Shown piece by piece: positions 19,825 to 29,090 of a DNA stretch of 64,000 bases. Each line of letters starts with the position of its first letter. The stretch's first letter is position 1. The DNA is taken from the NCBI GenBank assembly GCA_963795085.1, contig CAWCFX010000001.1, forward strand, positions 1 to 64,000. Direction: 5' to 3'. The position numbers and the translations under genes are program-made. The DNA comes from an uncultured Gemmatimonadales bacterium. GTDB taxonomy: Bacteria; Gemmatimonadota; Gemmatimonadetes; Gemmatimonadales; GWC2-71-9. Below the pieces are notes generated by a model. The model saw only the letters and a program-made list of their open reading frames with translations. It was not told where the DNA came from and made no database searches.

Positions 19825-20646
19825 ATGAATCGCAAAGGGTTGGCATCAGGCGCGGCGATTGCCGCGGTGTCGTTTCTGGTCGGGGTGGCGGGAGCGTGGC
19901 TGCTGCACCGCGAGCTGACGCCGGGGGATCACGAGCCGGCACCGGCGGATGCGGTCACCACCCACGGCGAGTGGATCTATATCCCGCGGGGGACCGACTC
20001 GATCCGGGCCTACGCGGCCTATTCGGAGCGGAGCAGCCTGTCTCCGGGGATCATCGTCATCCATGAGATCTTCGGCCTGACGGATTGGGAGCCGACGGTG
20101 GCGGACCGGCTGGCGAAGAGCGGGTATATCGTGATCGTGCCCGACCTGCTCTCCTCCAAGCATGGCCGGACGCCGGCGGACCAGGCCGAGGCCCGGCAGC
20201 TGGTGGGAGACCTGGAGCCGGAACGGGTCACGGCGGATCTCGACGCCGCCTACGCCTGGCTCAACAGCCAGCCGGCGGTGAAGAAGGACCACATCGGCAC
20301 CATCGGGTTCTGCTGGGGCGGAGGCCAGAGCTTCCGCTACGCGACGACCAACCCCAATCTCAAGGCGGCGGTGGTCTGCTACGGGCCGGCGCCGGAGCCC
20401 GCGGCCCTGGGGCGGATCAACGCGCGGGTGCTGGGCGTGTATGGCGGGGAGGACGCGCGAATCAATTCCGCGTTGCCCTCCGTCGATAGCACGATGAAGG
20501 CGCTGGGCAAGCCGTTCGCCCACGACATCTATCCGGGGACCGGCCATGGCTTTCTCAAGCCGGGCCGCCGGGGGAGCGACGGGCCCGAGGTGGAGCGGGC
20601 GTGGACGCGGATCCTGGGGTTCTACGGGGAAACCCTGAACAAGTAA
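19825..20646 (+). CDS. Dienelactone hydrolase family protein (N-terminal anchor or signal)
   Basis: VIHEIFGL, GFCWGG, GHGF. Confidence 0.92.
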   Translation: MNRKGLASGAAIAAVSFLVGVAGAWLLHRELTPGDHEPAPADAVTTHGEWIYIPRGTDSIRAYAAYSERSSLSPGIIVIHEIFGLTDWEPTVADRLAKSGYIVIVPDLLSSKHGRTPADQAEARQLVGDLEPERVTADLDAAYAWLNSQPAVKKDHIGTIGFCWGGGQSFRYATTNPNLKAAVVCYGPAPEPAALGRINARVLGVYGGEDARINSALPSVDSTMKALGKPFAHDIYPGTGHGFLKPGRRGSDGPEVERAWTRILGFYGETLNK

Positions 20647-20655
20647 GCGGTCTCC

Positions 20656-20949
20656 ATGGTTCATCACATCGTGCTCTTCCAGTTCACGGCCTCCGCCACG
20701 CCGGGCCAGCTGGTCGAGGCGGCCGCGGCGCTGGAGGCGATGAAGGACGGGATCCCCGAGATCCAGGCGGTCCGGTTCGGGCCCAACCTGGGGCCCAGCG
20801 CGGGGGAGTACAGCCATGTGCTGCTGGTGACCTGCGAGGACATGGGAGCGGTGCAGCGGTACCTCGACCACCCGGTGCACCGGCAGACGGTGGACCGGTA
20901 CCTGGGGCCGATCCGGGAGGCGAGGCTGGCGGCGGACCTCGAGGTATAG
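20656..20949 (+). CDS. Dabb family (stress-responsive alpha/beta barrel) protein
   Basis: MVHHIVLF...YLDHPVH...AADLEV. Confidence 0.88.
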   Translation: MVHHIVLFQFTASATPGQLVEAAAALEAMKDGIPEIQAVRFGPNLGPSAGEYSHVLLVTCEDMGAVQRYLDHPVHRQTVDRYLGPIREARLAADLEV

Positions 20950-20954
20950 GCTGT

Positions 20955-21017
20955 GGGCGTCCGGGTTGGGTCCCGGCTGGGCGTCCGGGCTCGGTCCGGG
21001 CTGGGCGTCCGGGCTCG
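20955..21017. repeat. Short ~24 bp tandem repeat (CTGGGCGTCCGGGCTCGGTCCGGG, ~2.5 copies)
   Basis: TGGGCGTCCGGG occurs three times at roughly 24 bp spacing. Confidence 0.7.
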
Positions 21018-21040
21018 TACTGGAAACCACGTTCCGACGC

Positions 21041-21422
21041 GCTTCACCGCAGAGTAGCGCAGACACAAAAGAGAGTTTCGCAGAGGACTACATAAGAATA
21101 AGAACTACAGAACTACAAAAGAAGAAACAGGAGCAATAACAGCAAAAGGACGTATATCTCTTTCTTTGTCAGTGCCTGTGCCCGCACCCGAGGGCTGGGC
21201 GACTACAAGAACTAGACACGAAGACACGAACTACAAAAGACGAAACAGAAGCAACTAACAGCAACAGGATTTCGTTTACTCTTCTTGATTGTTTCTTTTG
21301 CTTCGTGCTTTCGTGACCAGGCAGGGCCAGCCCTCGATAGTGTTCTGTTTGTCTATTTCTTTCTTTGTCAGTCAAGGCTGTTCCTCTGCGATCTCTCTTT
21401 ACAGCTTTGCGTTCTCTGCGTT
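21041..21422. repeat. AT-rich composite palindromic repeat element
   Basis: Imperfect terminal inverted arms (CGCAGAG..GAGAG..CGCAGAGG / CCTCTGCG..CTCTC..CTCTGCG), with internal AGAACTAC, TTCTTTGTCAGT and TTCGTGCTTTCGTGACCAGGCAGG modules. Confidence 0.8.
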
Positions 21423-21450
21423 AGAGCGCCTCGAAGCTCGACGTGAGACG

Positions 21451-23046
21451 ATGCCTACGCCCGCACCCCGACACATGACTATGCTCCCTCTCCTCGCCGC
21501 TTTCCAGGTCCTCGCCCCGGCCAACACGCCGAGGCCCGTTCACGACGCGATCCACTACGACGTGCTCATCTCGATCCCGGCCGAGGGGAAGACCATTTCC
21601 GCCCAGGTGCGGACCCGGTGGCGGCTGGCATCGGGTGCGCCGCTCCTGATGGAGCTGGATTCGGTGCTCGAGGTCAGGGACGTCGAGGTCAACGGCCGGC
21701 GGGTGACCCGATTCGAGCGGCGGGGAGACGTGATCCGGGTCCCCATCCGGGGCCGGGCCGGCGATACCGTCACCAGCCTGGTCCGCTACGGCGGGCAGCC
21801 GCGGGACGGACTCATCATCCGGGACAGCGCCGGGGTGCGCACCGTGTTCGCCGACAACTGGCCCAACCGAGCCCATCGCTGGCTGCCGCTGCAGGATCAC
21901 CCGAGCGACAAGGCGACGGTCACCTTCCAGGTCGCCGTTCCCGAGGGGTACCAGGTCATCGCCAACGGTGACCCGCAGCCGGTGACCCGGGATGCCGGGG
22001 GTGCGGCGATCTGGACGTTCCGGATGGACCGCCCCATTCCCGCCGCGACCATGGTGATCGGTGTCGCCCGGATGGCCCGGACCCGGCTGGCGGACGGCGG
22101 GTGCGCGCTCAAGTGCGTGCCGATCGAGATCCTTACCTATCCGGAAGATTCCGCCTTCGCCGTGAGCGGCCCCTTCCGGCGGGCGCCGGAGATGGTGGAT
22201 TTCTTCAGCCGCGTCGTCGGCGAGTTCCCCTATTCCCGCCTGTCCCACGTGCAGACCAGCACCATCTTCGGCGGGATGGAGAACTCCACCGCCATTTTCT
22301 ACGACGAGAAGGGCTACCGCGCCCGCACCATGGGCGAAGGGTTGGTCGCCCACGAGACGGCGCACCAGTGGTTCGGCGACGCGGTGACCGAGCGGGAGTG
22401 GACCCATCTCTGGCTGTCGGAGGGGTTCGCCACCTACTTCACCGCGCTCTGGGCCGAACACCTGGGCGGCGATTCCGCGCTGGCCGCCGCCATGAAGGAA
22501 GAGGCCGACGGATTGTTCCAGGCGCCGGTCATCAACCGGCCCATCATCGACAGCGCGGACAACCTGCTCCAGCTGCTCAACCCCAACAATTACAACAAGG
22601 GCGCCTGGGTCCTGCACTCCCTCCGCGGCCTGCTGGGCGACTCGGCGTTCTTCGGCGGGATCGCCCGGTTCTATGGCCGCTACCGGGACAGCACGGTGCT
22701 GAGCGAGGACTTCCAGCGAGTCATGGAGACGGCGTCAGGCCAGGAGCTGGGCTGGTACTTCCGCCAGGCGCTGGGGCAGCCCGGCTACCCGCAGTTGTCC
22801 ATCGCCCAGCGCTATGACTCGACCGCCAAGGCGCTGACTATCGAGATCCGCCAGGTGCAGCCCCAGGCGTGGGGCACCTTCCGGTTGCCCGGGTTCGAGA
22901 TCCTGGTGGATGGGCTGCTGCTGCGGGTGGACGTGGAGGGGCGGGAATCCTCCTTTACCTTCGACCAGTTCCCGGGGCCGGCGGCGGAGATCCAGGCGGA
23001 CCCGAACGGGTGGTGGCTGATGACCGCGGTGAGAAGTGAGAGATAA
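21451..23046 (+). CDS. M1 family zinc aminopeptidase, probably secreted
   Basis: GGMEN; HETAHQWFG...WLSEGFATY; YNKGAWVLH. Start codon uncertain (21451 or 21475). Confidence 0.92.
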   Translation: MPTPAPRHMTMLPLLAAFQVLAPANTPRPVHDAIHYDVLISIPAEGKTISAQVRTRWRLASGAPLLMELDSVLEVRDVEVNGRRVTRFERRGDVIRVPIRGRAGDTVTSLVRYGGQPRDGLIIRDSAGVRTVFADNWPNRAHRWLPLQDHPSDKATVTFQVAVPEGYQVIANGDPQPVTRDAGGAAIWTFRMDRPIPAATMVIGVARMARTRLADGGCALKCVPIEILTYPEDSAFAVSGPFRRAPEMVDFFSRVVGEFPYSRLSHVQTSTIFGGMENSTAIFYDEKGYRARTMGEGLVAHETAHQWFGDAVTEREWTHLWLSEGFATYFTALWAEHLGGDSALAAAMKEEADGLFQAPVINRPIIDSADNLLQLLNPNNYNKGAWVLHSLRGLLGDSAFFGGIARFYGRYRDSTVLSEDFQRVMETASGQELGWYFRQALGQPGYPQLSIAQRYDSTAKALTIEIRQVQPQAWGTFRLPGFEILVDGLLLRVDVEGRESSFTFDQFPGPAAEIQADPNGWWLMTAVRSER

Positions 23047-23049
23047 GGC

Positions 23050-23835
23050 GTGAGAAGGCCCCTGGTTTGCCTGGTGGCCGCGTCCCTCTCCCTCCTCGCT
23101 CTTGGGGGGTGTCGAGTCTCCATGTCCCCCGTCAAGAACCGGGTGGGGGTGGGAGTGGAGTCCTACGTGGTGTTCGATGCCCCGGGCGAGGACGGGCAGG
23201 GCGATCTCTACGTGGGATCCGGCAGCGGCGGGAAGGTGTTCCGGGTGACGTTTTCCCGGGTGCACGAGACGGCGCCGGCGCTTTCGCCCGACGGGGTGAT
23301 GCTGGCCTTCGTGCGGGGGGCCCGGGCGGAAGATTCGGCCGGGCACCGGGTGTGGGTGATGAACCTGCTGAACGGGGCGGAGCGGGAGATCGCGTCGCCG
23401 GAAGGCGCCTGGCCCCGCCGGGTGGCGTGGTCGCTTGACGGTGGGACGCTCTACCTCGACACGCCGCGCGGTGTCTATCGCGCCGACGCACCGCCCAGGT
23501 CCGGGCCGACGACGGCGGTGGAAGCCGCGGAACGGGCGAGAGCCGACACCACGCTCTCGGTCCCGCTGGGCGACCCGGTGCGGGCGCTCGCGGCCCCCTG
23601 CGACAGTGGCGGCGGGATCTGCGCTCTAACTCCCGGGGGGTCGCAGCCGCTGGCCCCGAGGGGCCGGGCGGCCTTCCGGTGGGGCGCCGACTCGGTGGGC
23701 TATTTCCTGGATGGGCGGATCCTGGTCCGGCCGCTGGGCGGCGGAACCACGAGAGAGGTCACCTGGAGCGGGATGCCGGAGGGCGTGGGGCGGGCGACGG
23801 CATTTGGGCCACCACAGAGCACCAAACTGCCTTAA
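23050..23835 (+). CDS. Lipoprotein with TolB-like/PD40 repeats
   Basis: Lipobox LALGGC; PALSPDGVMLAF, VAWSLDG. Confidence 0.75.
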   Translation: MRRPLVCLVAASLSLLALGGCRVSMSPVKNRVGVGVESYVVFDAPGEDGQGDLYVGSGSGGKVFRVTFSRVHETAPALSPDGVMLAFVRGARAEDSAGHRVWVMNLLNGAEREIASPEGAWPRRVAWSLDGGTLYLDTPRGVYRADAPPRSGPTTAVEAAERARADTTLSVPLGDPVRALAAPCDSGGGICALTPGGSQPLAPRGRAAFRWGADSVGYFLDGRILVRPLGGGTTREVTWSGMPEGVGRATAFGPPQSTKLP

Positions 23836-24185
23836 CTGACAAAGAAAAAGCAACCGGTCTCAACTGACAAAAGAAAAAGCAACCGCCTTGGACTGACAAA
23901 GAAAAGAAATAAACAAGAACAACAAACCCAATTCCTGGTTTCCCAGTTTTTTGTTCTTTTTCTTCTTTTGTAATTCTGTAGTTCTGTAGTTCCAGGAGTG
24001 CGGGGGTTCAGGCTTGGATGCGCTTCACCGCAGGGTAAGAAAACCGCCTTAACTGACAAAGAAAAAGAAAACAAACCCACAAACGACAACCCAATTCCTG
24101 GCTTCCCGGTATTTGTTCTTTCTTCTTCTTTTGGAGTTCTGTAGTTCTGTAGTTCTGAGTTCTGTAGTTCTGCAGTTCTTTGAAG
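23833..24185. repeat. AT-rich composite repeat (ACTGACAAA module x4, duplicated ~120 bp block, TTCTGTAG 8-mers)
   Basis: ACTGACAAA near 23836, 23862, 23892 and 24052; block 23892-23995 resembles 24051-24175. Confidence 0.85.
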
Positions 24186-24203
24186 TCGCGCTTTTGTTCC
24201 TCG

Positions 24204-24701
24204 CTAGTGCCGCGCGAACACCGAAGTCTTTCCATCCCCGAAGGCAATCACCTCGTAGGGGTCGCTCCGGTCCCCTTCCATGCCGGGAGACCCTGTCACC
24301 ATTCCCGGCACCGCCAGCCCGGTCACCTTCGGCTTTTCCCTCAGCAGGCGCTGGATATCGGCGGCCGGCACGTGCCCCTCGATGACATAACCGTTGACCA
24401 TGGCGGTATGGCAGGAGTGCATGGGCTCGGGCACGCCGAGCGTCGTCTTGACTGCCGCCATGTCGCTGGTATCGCGCGCCACCACGGTAAACCCGCTGGC
24501 GCGGAGGTGGTCCACCCACTTGGAGCAGCAGCCGCAGGTGGGGCTCTTGTACACGGTGACTTCGACAAGCGCCGCGTCTTCCTCGGCCGCCGCGCTCTCC
24601 AGGGCCACGGCCGGCTTCTCCGACCCGGTGGCAAACGCGGCGACGGCGACGGCCAGGATGGCGACGGCGGACAGGATGCTCCAGCGGCTCACGGCTTTCA
24701 T
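24204..24701 (-). CDS. DUF411 (CopG-like) periplasmic metal-binding protein
   Basis: YKSPTCGCCSKW, HSCHTA, IEGHVPA, LAVPGMVTGSPGME. Confidence 0.92.
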   Translation of the reverse strand: MKAVSRWSILSAVAILAVAVAAFATGSEKPAVALESAAAEEDAALVEVTVYKSPTCGCCSKWVDHLRASGFTVVARDTSDMAAVKTTLGVPEPMHSCHTAMVNGYVIEGHVPAADIQRLLREKPKVTGLAVPGMVTGSPGMEGDRSDPYEVIAFGDGKTSVFARH

Positions 24702-24774
24702 GCTCCCCCCAGGTGACTGGCTCTTCGAGATATAATCGGCAACAGTGAAATGTTGATGAAGGTCCGGTTCGGCG

Positions 24775-26625
24775 CTAGTTCACGTTCTCTTCCCGGATCT
24801 GGCGCCAGCCCTGCGGCCCCCTGGTGAGGGTGGCAATCAGGGTCCGGCCCCGGTCCTGGCTCCGGCCCCGCTTGATCACGCTCTGGGCGTAGCGGACCCG
24901 GGCATAGGTGGTGGCCTCCCGGCTGGTCACGTTGAGCACGGTGTAACTGGCCTTGACGCTGTCCACGCCGCGGTCCTCGAACAGGTTCCGCCAGTTCCGC
25001 TCCTCGTTGGCCGTCATGTTGGGGAGGAGGCGTTTCACCTCGCCCAGCTGGCGGGCCTCGATGGCGGCCGCCAGCTCCTGGAAGTAGTCGGTGATTGCCG
25101 CCGAGTCGGAGCGGGCCGCGCGCGATGGCGGCGGGGCGGCGGTGGCTTCGGTGGCGCGCGCCGGCCGGGGACCGCCGCCGGGCTGTCCGCCAGGCTGGCC
25201 GCCAGTTGCGCCCCGGGCCGGCCGCTCGGTCTTCTCCCACATCGAGGCCGCATTGGTCAGCAGCACCGCCGCTTCGGCCTTCCGGTCCATGCGGGAGAGC
25301 GAGTCGGCGATCCGGCGGACCGAGTCCCCGGCCGCGAGCTGGGCCGGTGTGGCCCCCGCCGAGAGGGCGCGCTGGCGGGCATAGGTGGCAGCGCCCTGGG
25401 CGGCGAGGAGCAGGCTGTCCACGCCGGCGGTCCCCGGCTCGGGCGCGGCCACCGCGACAGGAACCGGCTCCTCCTTGCCGCGGAGCAGGATGACGGCTGC
25501 CACCGGCGCGGACAGCCCCACCGCGATCATCAGGGGCTTGGCCAGCCGGGCGACATTCCGCTGGAACCGGAACACCGAGGCGGCAACCATCCCGGCCTCG
25601 CTCTGCCCGGCGGCCGCCTGGAGCGCGGCCCGGAGCTCATCCGCCGAGGCCCAGCGGTTTTCCCGGTCCTTCTGCAGGCACTTCATGACCGCCGCGGCAA
25701 GCCCCGACGGCACCGTGGGCCGGAGCATCCGGACATCGCTGGCGGGCGTCAGCACGTGCTGGCGGATCAGGTCGGCGCCGCTGGTCCCGCCAAAGGGAGG
25801 CTTGCCGGTGATCATGTGGTACGCCACCACTCCCAGCGAGTAGATGTCGGAGCGCTGGTCCACGTCCTTGTCGCCGCTGCCCTGTTCGGGGCTCATGTAC
25901 AGCGGGGTGCCGATGAGGACGCCGGTGCCGGTCAGGTTGGCGTCGGTGGAACTCAGCATCTTGGCGATCCCGAAGTCCATCAGGAGCACCCGCCGCTCCG
26001 GCCCCTCCAGCATGATGTTGTCGGGCTTGATGTCGCGATGGATCAGCCCGACCGCATGGGCCGCCGCCAGCGCGCTCGCCGCGTCGTCCAGGATCCGGCA
26101 GGTCTCGGCGACCGGGAGCGGGCCGTCCCGTTCCAGCAGGGCCTGGAGCGTCTCGCCCTTGATCATGGGCATGACGATATAGGCCAGCCCATCCTTCTCG
26201 CCGATGGTGTAGATGGGGACGATGTTGGGGTGGCGGAGCTGCGCCGCCGTCATCGCCTCCCGCTCGAACCGGTCCATGAAGTTGCTGGACATGGCCAGTT
26301 CCATGCGAAGCACCTTGATGGCCAGGTCCCGCTTGAGCCGGCGGTCGAAGGCGGTAAAGACCAGGCCGAACCCGCCCCGACCCAGGAGTTCGCGGACCTC
26401 GTAACCGTCGCCCAGGGCCAGCTGGAGCCGTTGCCGGCTCTCGGCTTCGTCGCCCGGGCGCTCGGCCAGCTCGATCCGGCCCTCGGTCGGCGCGGCCGGT
26501 ATCCGGGGAGGGGCGGCGGGGGCGGAGGGGGGCTCGGGCGAGGCTTCGCCGCAGACGCTGCAATAAATTGCTTCGTCCGGGATGGGGGTCCGGCAGGCCG
26601 GGCAATCGCGTTGGGCGGGAATCAC
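24775..26625 (-). CDS. Membrane Ser/Thr protein kinase (zinc ribbon, kinase, TM, extracytoplasmic domain)
   Basis: CPAC...CSVC; LGRGGFG, HRDIKPDN, DFG, GTPLYMSPEQ; TM LMIAVGLSAPVAAVILL. Confidence 0.93.
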   Translation of the reverse strand: MIPAQRDCPACRTPIPDEAIYCSVCGEASPEPPSAPAAPPRIPAAPTEGRIELAERPGDEAESRQRLQLALGDGYEVRELLGRGGFGLVFTAFDRRLKRDLAIKVLRMELAMSSNFMDRFEREAMTAAQLRHPNIVPIYTIGEKDGLAYIVMPMIKGETLQALLERDGPLPVAETCRILDDAASALAAAHAVGLIHRDIKPDNIMLEGPERRVLLMDFGIAKMLSSTDANLTGTGVLIGTPLYMSPEQGSGDKDVDQRSDIYSLGVVAYHMITGKPPFGGTSGADLIRQHVLTPASDVRMLRPTVPSGLAAAVMKCLQKDRENRWASADELRAALQAAAGQSEAGMVAASVFRFQRNVARLAKPLMIAVGLSAPVAAVILLRGKEEPVPVAVAAPEPGTAGVDSLLLAAQGAATYARQRALSAGATPAQLAAGDSVRRIADSLSRMDRKAEAAVLLTNAASMWEKTERPARGATGGQPGGQPGGGPRPARATEATAAPPPSRAARSDSAAITDYFQELAAAIEARQLGEVKRLLPNMTANEERNWRNLFEDRGVDSVKASYTVLNVTSREATTYARVRYAQSVIKRGRSQDRGRTLIATLTRGPQGWRQIREENVN

Positions 26626-26716
26626 GGCTATGAATTAGTGGCCAAAACCGTGCCGCGGCAAGGGGTTGAACCGGAGGGCCGGGAAGGAGGCCAGGGACTG
26701 CGGGGATTTGTTTCGG

Positions 26717-27166
26717 CTAGAGGCCGATCAGCCATCGGATGATCAGGAATGCCGCTCCGGTGATGCCCAGGAACAGGGTTCCGGCGGCCACGGCGAGCCC
26801 GACCATGAATCCGCGGTCGTTTCGGCGGGCCCGATCCGGCAGCACCGCGGAGCGTTCGAGGAGCGCCACATTGCGCGCGTTGGCTTTCCACCCCGCGTCA
26901 AAGAGGTCGCCGGCCAGCGGGACCACGCCGATCACCGATTCAACCAGGACGTTCCACCCCATGCGGAGGAGGGTGGCCCGGGAGGCTCCCAGCCGCGCGG
27001 CCTCGACGACGATGTAGCCGGACAGGAGCATGCCGGCGGCGTCGCCCACCCCGGGGATGAGGCCCAGGATGGGGTCCAGCCCGATGCGCATCCGGGTTCC
27101 CGGAATCGGGATGCTGTTGTCGAGGAGCCAGGCGAGGCGGCGGATTCGTTCCAGGGCGGCGGGCAT
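26717..27166 (-). CDS. DUF4112 family membrane protein
   Basis: LLDNSIPIPGTRMRIGLDPILGLIPGVGD; GDLFDAGWKANARN. Confidence 0.9.
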   Translation of the reverse strand: MPAALERIRRLAWLLDNSIPIPGTRMRIGLDPILGLIPGVGDAAGMLLSGYIVVEAARLGASRATLLRMGWNVLVESVIGVVPLAGDLFDAGWKANARNVALLERSAVLPDRARRNDRGFMVGLAVAAGTLFLGITGAAFLIIRWLIGL

Positions 27167-27178
27167 GGGCGGCTGGGG

Positions 27179-27535
27179 TCAGCGAGTTCCGATCCAGGAG
27201 AAGAGGGCGATCGCGAGAAAGACCGGCCATGCAAGATGGCGCCCCCGGCTGGCGGCCAATGTGACGAGTGACGATATCCCGAAGGTGACGGCGGAGACGG
27301 TTCCGATGACCCGGTGGTCGCCCTCGGGAAGCGCCAGGAACAGCGCCGCGAACCCCCACCAGGCGATCGAGGTGATGTGCCAGGCGAAGCGGAGGACCCG
27401 GCGCCGGAAAACATCGGCAAAGACCGGGGGGTCGCGACGGAGCAGGGGCTGGATAATGAAGCGCTCGCCCAGGTAGCTGTGGGCCAGTCCCACGGCCAGC
27501 GCCAGTGCCGCCGCGGCGAGGAGCCAGGGATTCAC
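27179..27535 (-). CDS. Hypothetical 4-TM membrane protein
   Basis: Hydrophobic helices; HSYLGER and FAWHITS motifs. Confidence 0.75.
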   Translation of the reverse strand: MNPWLLAAAALALAVGLAHSYLGERFIIQPLLRRDPPVFADVFRRRVLRFAWHITSIAWWGFAALFLALPEGDHRVIGTVSAVTFGISSLVTLAASRGRHLAWPVFLAIALFSWIGTR

Positions 27536-27597
27536 GGGTATCTCCGGGTGTGATGGCCGTCCCTCCGGGCCGGTGGGGGCAACCGTTAGGTTGGACT

Positions 27598-27987
27598 ATG
27601 CCTCGCCTGTTGCTGACCCTGGTGGCCCTTTTCGGGCTGTCGATCCCGGTTGCCGCGCAGACCGATTCCACGGCCGCGCCGACCCGGGTTCTCACCCATA
27701 CCTTCACCACGCCCAGCAGTGAGTTTGTCCGGGTGCGGCTGGAATCGGGCCAGCGCTACCGCGCGCGGGTGAACCACGCCCGGGCCCGGTTGGAGGCCCG
27801 CCCGGTGAGTCCGGGCGTCCAGCCGCCCCGGGTACGGACCGACGGCCGGAGCGCGGGATACCGGGCGTTCGTCATCGAGCCGCAGGTGACCGCCGAGTAC
27901 GAGATCCGGGTCCTCGGACTGCAAGAGGGGGCCGTAGTGCTCCTGATCGACCGTACGCCCCCGCGGGCCCCGCGGGACAGCTCCTAG
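27598..27987 (+). CDS. Secreted hypothetical protein
   Basis: Signal peptide MPRLLLTLVALFGLSIPVAA-Q. Confidence 0.7.
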   Translation: MPRLLLTLVALFGLSIPVAAQTDSTAAPTRVLTHTFTTPSSEFVRVRLESGQRYRARVNHARARLEARPVSPGVQPPRVRTDGRSAGYRAFVIEPQVTAEYEIRVLGLQEGAVVLLIDRTPPRAPRDSS

Positions 27988-28020
27988 TGGACAGTCTCAC
28001 ATGTTTCAATAGTCGCTGTC

Positions 28021-28173
28021 GAACAGCTCACCGCGGAGCCACGAAGCACACGGAGGTAGCACGGAGCACCCACCGTAGCGGGCTCAAGAGCCGCAATCCC
28101 AATACCCTGGTGGCAGCATGAAGCTTCTTCGTGCTGCCTTCGTGAACTTCGTGACTTTGCGGTGAAACAGTTC
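28021..28173. repeat. Long imperfect inverted repeat of the TCACCGC/CACGAAG family
   Basis: Arms 28021-28066 and 28127-28173, between convergent genes. Confidence 0.8.
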
Positions 28174-28207
28174 TTGCCCACCTGATCAGAACATTGGATA
28201 CGGTCCT

Positions 28208-28924
28208 CTAGAGCGTGATCTGCAGTCCCGACGTCAGCAGCCGGTCGGTCTTCTTGAACCCCGGCTCCGGCTCGCTGTCGTACCGGATGACGTAGGAGAC
28301 CTTGAGGCCGATCCGGCTGGAGAGCGGTGCCACCACGGCCGTCTCGGCGTTGATCCGGAGGTCGTCGCTCGCCTCGAGATTGGGCATGATTTCGATGGTC
28401 TGCAGCAGGTAGGTCGTAGGCTTGAAGTTGTGCTGAAAGAGCCCGGCGCCGCGCCCCGAGGTGAAGTTGTTGTCCACGTCGAGCACCGAGCGCTGCTGGG
28501 TGAACGACACGCCGCCTTCCACCTCCACCTTGTTGCGGTCCGTGTTGACCAGCTTGACGGCGATACCGGTGCCTTCCTCCAGGCGCCGCGAGATGCCGGC
28601 GAACCGGTTCCGGTCGAAGCTGCCGAACCCGAAGACCGCCACGGCCGGGGTGAGTGCATAGTCGCCGCGGAGACCGGTGCGCCAGAGACTGGTGGTCGTG
28701 GTCCCTTCGGACCGGCCATATACCAGGGCGAAGAACTGCTTGATCGTCATCCGGTCGCGGTTGAGGGTGATCTTCTCGCCCACGTTGACCGTCGTGACAT
28801 TGCTGTTGCCCGCGGTGTTCACCAGCCCGATATCGCCGGTAAACTCCACCGGGCGCGGCTCGTCCTGCGCGGCGGCCGGCACCGAGCCCAGGGCGGCGAG
28901 CAGGATCCACAGGTGGCGGCTCAT
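28208..28924 (-). CDS. DUF481 (YdiY-like) outer-membrane beta-barrel
   Basis: Signal peptide; GLVNTAGNS; RYDSEPEPGFKKTDRLLTSGLQITL. Confidence 0.85.
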   Translation of the reverse strand: MSRHLWILLAALGSVPAAAQDEPRPVEFTGDIGLVNTAGNSNVTTVNVGEKITLNRDRMTIKQFFALVYGRSEGTTTTSLWRTGLRGDYALTPAVAVFGFGSFDRNRFAGISRRLEEGTGIAVKLVNTDRNKVEVEGGVSFTQQRSVLDVDNNFTSGRGAGLFQHNFKPTTYLLQTIEIMPNLEASDDLRINAETAVVAPLSSRIGLKVSYVIRYDSEPEPGFKKTDRLLTSGLQITL

Positions 28925-29090
28925 CGGGGCCTTTCGGGTTGGATGCGAAACAGCGTCAGGGATTCGGGATGAGCCGGGCGGTCACGGTGGCGGTCCAACC
29001 CTTCCCCTCCGCGGCTGGTTCCTTAAGATAAGACGACTCCCTCCGAGGGCACAAAGCCACCGCCTCCTTCCTGTTCATGGAGCTATTGCA

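Noticed and set aside
21289..21450. N-terminal extension of the M1 peptidase
   Set aside because: It lies within the AT-rich repeat element. The same applies to the extensions of ORFs 11560-12483 and 9543-10193.
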